A stretch of DNA of 64,000 nt from contig CAIWXX010000003.1 of assembly GCA_903916735.1 (NCBI GenBank), positions 974-64,973 of the forward strand. Direction: 5' to 3'. The notes beneath the pieces are model-generated. The model was not told the origin of the DNA. It made no database searches and saw only the letters and a program-made list of their open reading frames with translations. Position numbers and translations under genes: made by a program. Shown piece by piece: positions 61,214 through 64,000 of this stretch (position 1 is its first letter; every line of letters begins with the position of its first letter). This DNA comes from an uncultured Acidobacteriota bacterium (GTDB lineage: Bacteria; Acidobacteriota; CAIWXX01).

Positions 61214-61633
61214 ATGATTAGTATTGATGGCTCTCTGATCATTATCATTGCCATCATTGGCTTCTTGATTTTCGCATTAAACCGCCTGTTTTTCAGGCCG
61301 GTTCAGAGGGTCATGGAAGAACGCGAGCGACGGATCTCGGGCCCCCAACAAGAAGCAAAGCGCATCCTGGACGATCATGACAAACAGCTTGCATCCCTGC
61401 AGGCGGCCACTTCGAAGGCCCGTCGCGAGGCCAATCTGTACAAAGCGCAGTTTCGGGAGAAGGCTCGCGAAGAGAGTGAGAAGGTTGTGGAGGCATCGAA
61501 CACCGAGGGTCGGCAGCGGCTGGAGCGCGAATCGGCGCTGCTGGGAGAACAGAAAAAACATGTTCGCAATGAATTGACGGCTCACATTCAGACTCTGGCG
61601 AATAAAATCGCCGGGCACTTTGTTCGCGGATGA
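61214..61633 (+). CDS. ATP synthase F0 subunit b'
   Basis: N-terminal TM, LNRLFFRPVQRVMEERERRI, coiled coil. Confidence 0.88.
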   Translation: MISIDGSLIIIIAIIGFLIFALNRLFFRPVQRVMEERERRISGPQQEAKRILDDHDKQLASLQAATSKARREANLYKAQFREKAREESEKVVEASNTEGRQRLERESALLGEQKKHVRNELTAHIQTLANKIAGHFVRG

Positions 61634-62199
61634 GAGTCTTACGCGCCCTGTTGTTGCTTGCTCTGGTGGCTTTGCCTGTCCTCGCCTCCCAGGAAGGCGC
61701 CGAAGCAGCTCGTTCCCATTCTCAAAGCCTGATCCAGCTCTTGGCGCCTTATGTCAACTTCGCTGTTCTCGTCGGCATCCTCCTCTTTCTTCTCAAGAAG
61801 CCCATGGCTGATTTTCTTGTTGAGAAGCGGGAAGCCATCACAAAAATGCTGGAAGATTCGGAGACCGCGCGGGATGCCGCCATCCAGAGGATGAACGAAT
61901 TGCAGGTGAAGTTGCAGTCGCTGGAAGGCGACATGGACATCATCCGCAAAAACGCTCAGGCCGAAGCACTCGCCGAAAAGGACCGCCTCATCGCCGAGGC
62001 GCATGAAGAAGCGCGCCGCATTCTGTCGGCGGCCGAGAAGGAAATCTCCAATCGCTATACGGTCGCCGTCCGCGATCTTAAAACCTATGTCGTCACGGAA
62101 GCAGTGGCGCAGGCCGAAAATATCGTCAAGGAACGGTTGAAGGACGATAGTCACGAAAAGCTGATCGATTCCTACCTTGACCGGCTGAGCAAGAACTGA
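61630..62199 (+). CDS. atpF: ATP synthase F0 subunit b
   Basis: VNFAVLVGILLFLLKKP..FL..R..I, coiled coil; ATGA overlap. Confidence 0.9.
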   Translation: MRVLRALLLLALVALPVLASQEGAEAARSHSQSLIQLLAPYVNFAVLVGILLFLLKKPMADFLVEKREAITKMLEDSETARDAAIQRMNELQVKLQSLEGDMDIIRKNAQAEALAEKDRLIAEAHEEARRILSAAEKEISNRYTVAVRDLKTYVVTEAVAQAENIVKERLKDDSHEKLIDSYLDRLSKN

Positions 62200-62741
62200 T
62201 GATTGCCGAAGTTCTCGCTCGACGCTATGCCAAGGCCCTCCTGAACAGCCTCCCCGGCCCCGGCGATTATGCATCATCCCTCTCCGAATTGAAAAAGCTG
62301 GATATTCTGATCAACACCAATAAGCCTCTCCGCGATGCGCTCTTCCATCCAACTCTTCCAAAAACCAAGAAAGCGGACATTTTCCGGGCGATTTTCGAGA
62401 AACTGATGCCAAGCCCGAAGGTGGGAGCTTTCTGCCTGACGATCATCGATCATGGGCGCATCATCATGTTTTCGGAGATCGTGAAGGCGGTCGAGCGCGA
62501 GTGGGAACGGAGGCAGAGGATTATCGAGGTCGAGATTCGGAGCGCTGTGCCTTTGAAAAGCACACAGCGAGCGCGCCTCGAAGCCGAGCTCTCTCGAATC
62601 ACGGCGGCAAAACTCAAACCGATTTACAAGCTCGACGATTCGCTAGTTGCCGGTGTCGTGACACGCATCGGCACGACCTTCTATGATGGCAGCCTGAAGA
62701 GTCAGCTCCGGCTCATGCGCGAAAGCCTGCTTAATAGTTAG
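62199..62741 (+). CDS. atpH: ATP synthase F1 subunit delta
   Basis: [23 protein letters not shown]...YDGSLK. Confidence 0.95.
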   Translation: MIAEVLARRYAKALLNSLPGPGDYASSLSELKKLDILINTNKPLRDALFHPTLPKTKKADIFRAIFEKLMPSPKVGAFCLTIIDHGRIIMFSEIVKAVEREWERRQRIIEVEIRSAVPLKSTQRARLEAELSRITAAKLKPIYKLDDSLVAGVVTRIGTTFYDGSLKSQLRLMRESLLNS

Positions 62742-62757
62742 AACTCTGGAGTCGCAA

Positions 62758-64000
62758 ATGGAAATCAAGGCCGAAGAAATCAGTCGCATCATTCAGCAAC
62801 AGCTCGAAGGCTTCAAGCCGGATATCGACATCCAGGAAATCGGGACTGTGATGTCGGTTGGGGACGGCATCTCGCGCGTGTATGGCCTCGAGAAGGTCAT
62901 GTACGGCGAGTTGCTGGAGTTCCCCCACGGCGTCATGGGCCTCGCCCTGAATCTCGAAGAGGATAACGTCGGCGTCGTGCTGATGGGCGAAGTTTACCTG
63001 ATCAAGGAAGGGGATCAGGTCAAGCGAACGCGACGCATCATGGAGGTCCCGGCCGGCGACGCCATGATCGGCCGGGTCGTCGACGCCCTCGGTCAGCCTC
63101 TCGACGGCAAAGGTCCGATCATCACGGATCGTTACATGCCCGTCGAACGCCTGGCGCCGGGCGTTGTCGATCGTTTGCCCGTCAAAGAAGCCCTGCAAAC
63201 AGGACTCAAGCCCATCGATGGAATGATTCCGATCGGACGCGGCCAGCGCGAGCTGATCATCGGCGATCGGCAGACGGGCAAAACGGCCATCGCGATCGAT
63301 ACCATCATCAACCAGAAAAAAAGCGGCGTCATCTGCATTTATGTCGCCATCGGCCAGAAGAACTCGACCGTCGCACAGGTGGTTAAGACACTCGAAGACT
63401 ACGACGCCATGAAATACTCGATCGTTGTTTCTGCCACAGCGTCGGAACCCGCGCCCCTCCAGTACCTTGCGCCTTATGCCGGATGCGCTATGGGCGAGTA
63501 TTTCCGAGACACAGGGCATCATGTGCTCTGCGTCTACGATGATCTCAGCAAGCATGCGGCGGCTTATCGCGAGATTTCACTTCTTTTGCGGCGGCCACCC
63601 GGTCGTGAGGCTTTCCCGGGCGATATTTTCTATCTCCACTCTCGGCTCCTTGAACGCGCCGCAAAGCTCAACAAGGAGTTGGGCGAAGGATCGCTCACGG
63701 CTCTCCCCATCATCGAAACACAGGCCGGCGATCTTTCGGCTTACATCCCGACCAATGTTATTTCAATCACCGACGGCCAAATTTTTTTGGAAACGGATCT
63801 TTTTCATTCCGGCATTCGTCCGGCCATCAACGTCGGGAATTCGGTCTCGCGAGTCGGTGGCAACGCTCAGATCAGGGCCATGCGGCAGGTGGCTGGGACG
63901 CTCCGTTTGGAGTTGGCGCAGTATCGCGAAATGGCGGCCTTTGCGCAATTCGGGAGCGACCTCGACCAGACCACTCAAGCTCAACTCAACCGCGGCGCGC
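62758..64000 (+). CDS. atpA: ATP synthase F1 subunit alpha, partial (runs off the window)
   Basis: [49 protein letters not shown]. Confidence 0.98.
   Translation, partial: MEIKAEEISRIIQQQLEGFKPDIDIQEIGTVMSVGDGISRVYGLEKVMYGELLEFPHGVMGLALNLEEDNVGVVLMGEVYLIKEGDQVKRTRRIMEVPAGDAMIGRVVDALGQPLDGKGPIITDRYMPVERLAPGVVDRLPVKEALQTGLKPIDGMIPIGRGQRELIIGDRQTGKTAIAIDTIINQKKSGVICIYVAIGQKNSTVAQVVKTLEDYDAMKYSIVVSATASEPAPLQYLAPYAGCAMGEYFRDTGHHVLCVYDDLSKHAAAYREISLLLRRPPGREAFPGDIFYLHSRLLERAAKLNKELGEGSLTALPIIETQAGDLSAYIPTNVISITDGQIFLETDLFHSGIRPAINVGNSVSRVGGNAQIRAMRQVAGTLRLELAQYREMAAFAQFGSDLDQTTQAQLNRGA

Noticed and set aside
62731..63555. Long antisense ORFs (this one; also 3993..4724, 20339..21061, 31675..32526, 35555..36307, 60090..60806)
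   Set aside because: Shadow frames of well-supported genes on the opposite strand.

Overview
Bacterial chromosomal window, mostly housekeeping genes. The gene content (IPT/NHL protein, SH3 protein after metG-tatD, ccm layout, split atp operon) suggests an Acidobacteriota-like or deltaproteobacterial-like organism; this is an inference. Left 6.4 kb: a patchwork accessory region with a partial OprB-type porin, a doubly frameshifted nikR, two doubly truncated gene fragments, a secreted papain-like protease with three Ig-like repeats, a Nudix hydrolase and a DUF2089 two-gene unit with palindromes on its promoter. Next: xseA-xseB-ispA-tlyA-nadK-(IPT/NHL)-ssb-MEMO, then DUF948-YtxH-glgC with two histidine kinases, then an Nramp-related Mg transporter with a cytosolic MgtE-like protein and an unannotated 37-aa peptide. 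Middle: a methyltransferase/GT2/fcl/GT39 glycan cluster, larC-metG-tatD-SH3, and PPK2 with two roadblock-type genes and a ParA relic. Right: pdxR-pdxS-pdxT, tsaE-nnr, suhB, carD, a CNNM/CorC protein, a System I*-type ccm cluster with two extra genes, a beta-propeller/YYY sensor whose only output is a small Cys/His domain, an RNB nuclease, a POT transporter and atpF'-atpF-atpH-atpA (partial). I recognised no tRNA, rRNA, CRISPR array, integrase or transposase. Best leads: possible clamp-binding and SSB-tail-like motifs on exonuclease VII, the kinase-less propeller sensor, the extra ccm genes, the three-part Mg transporter, the DUF2089 operator, and widespread intergenic gene debris.
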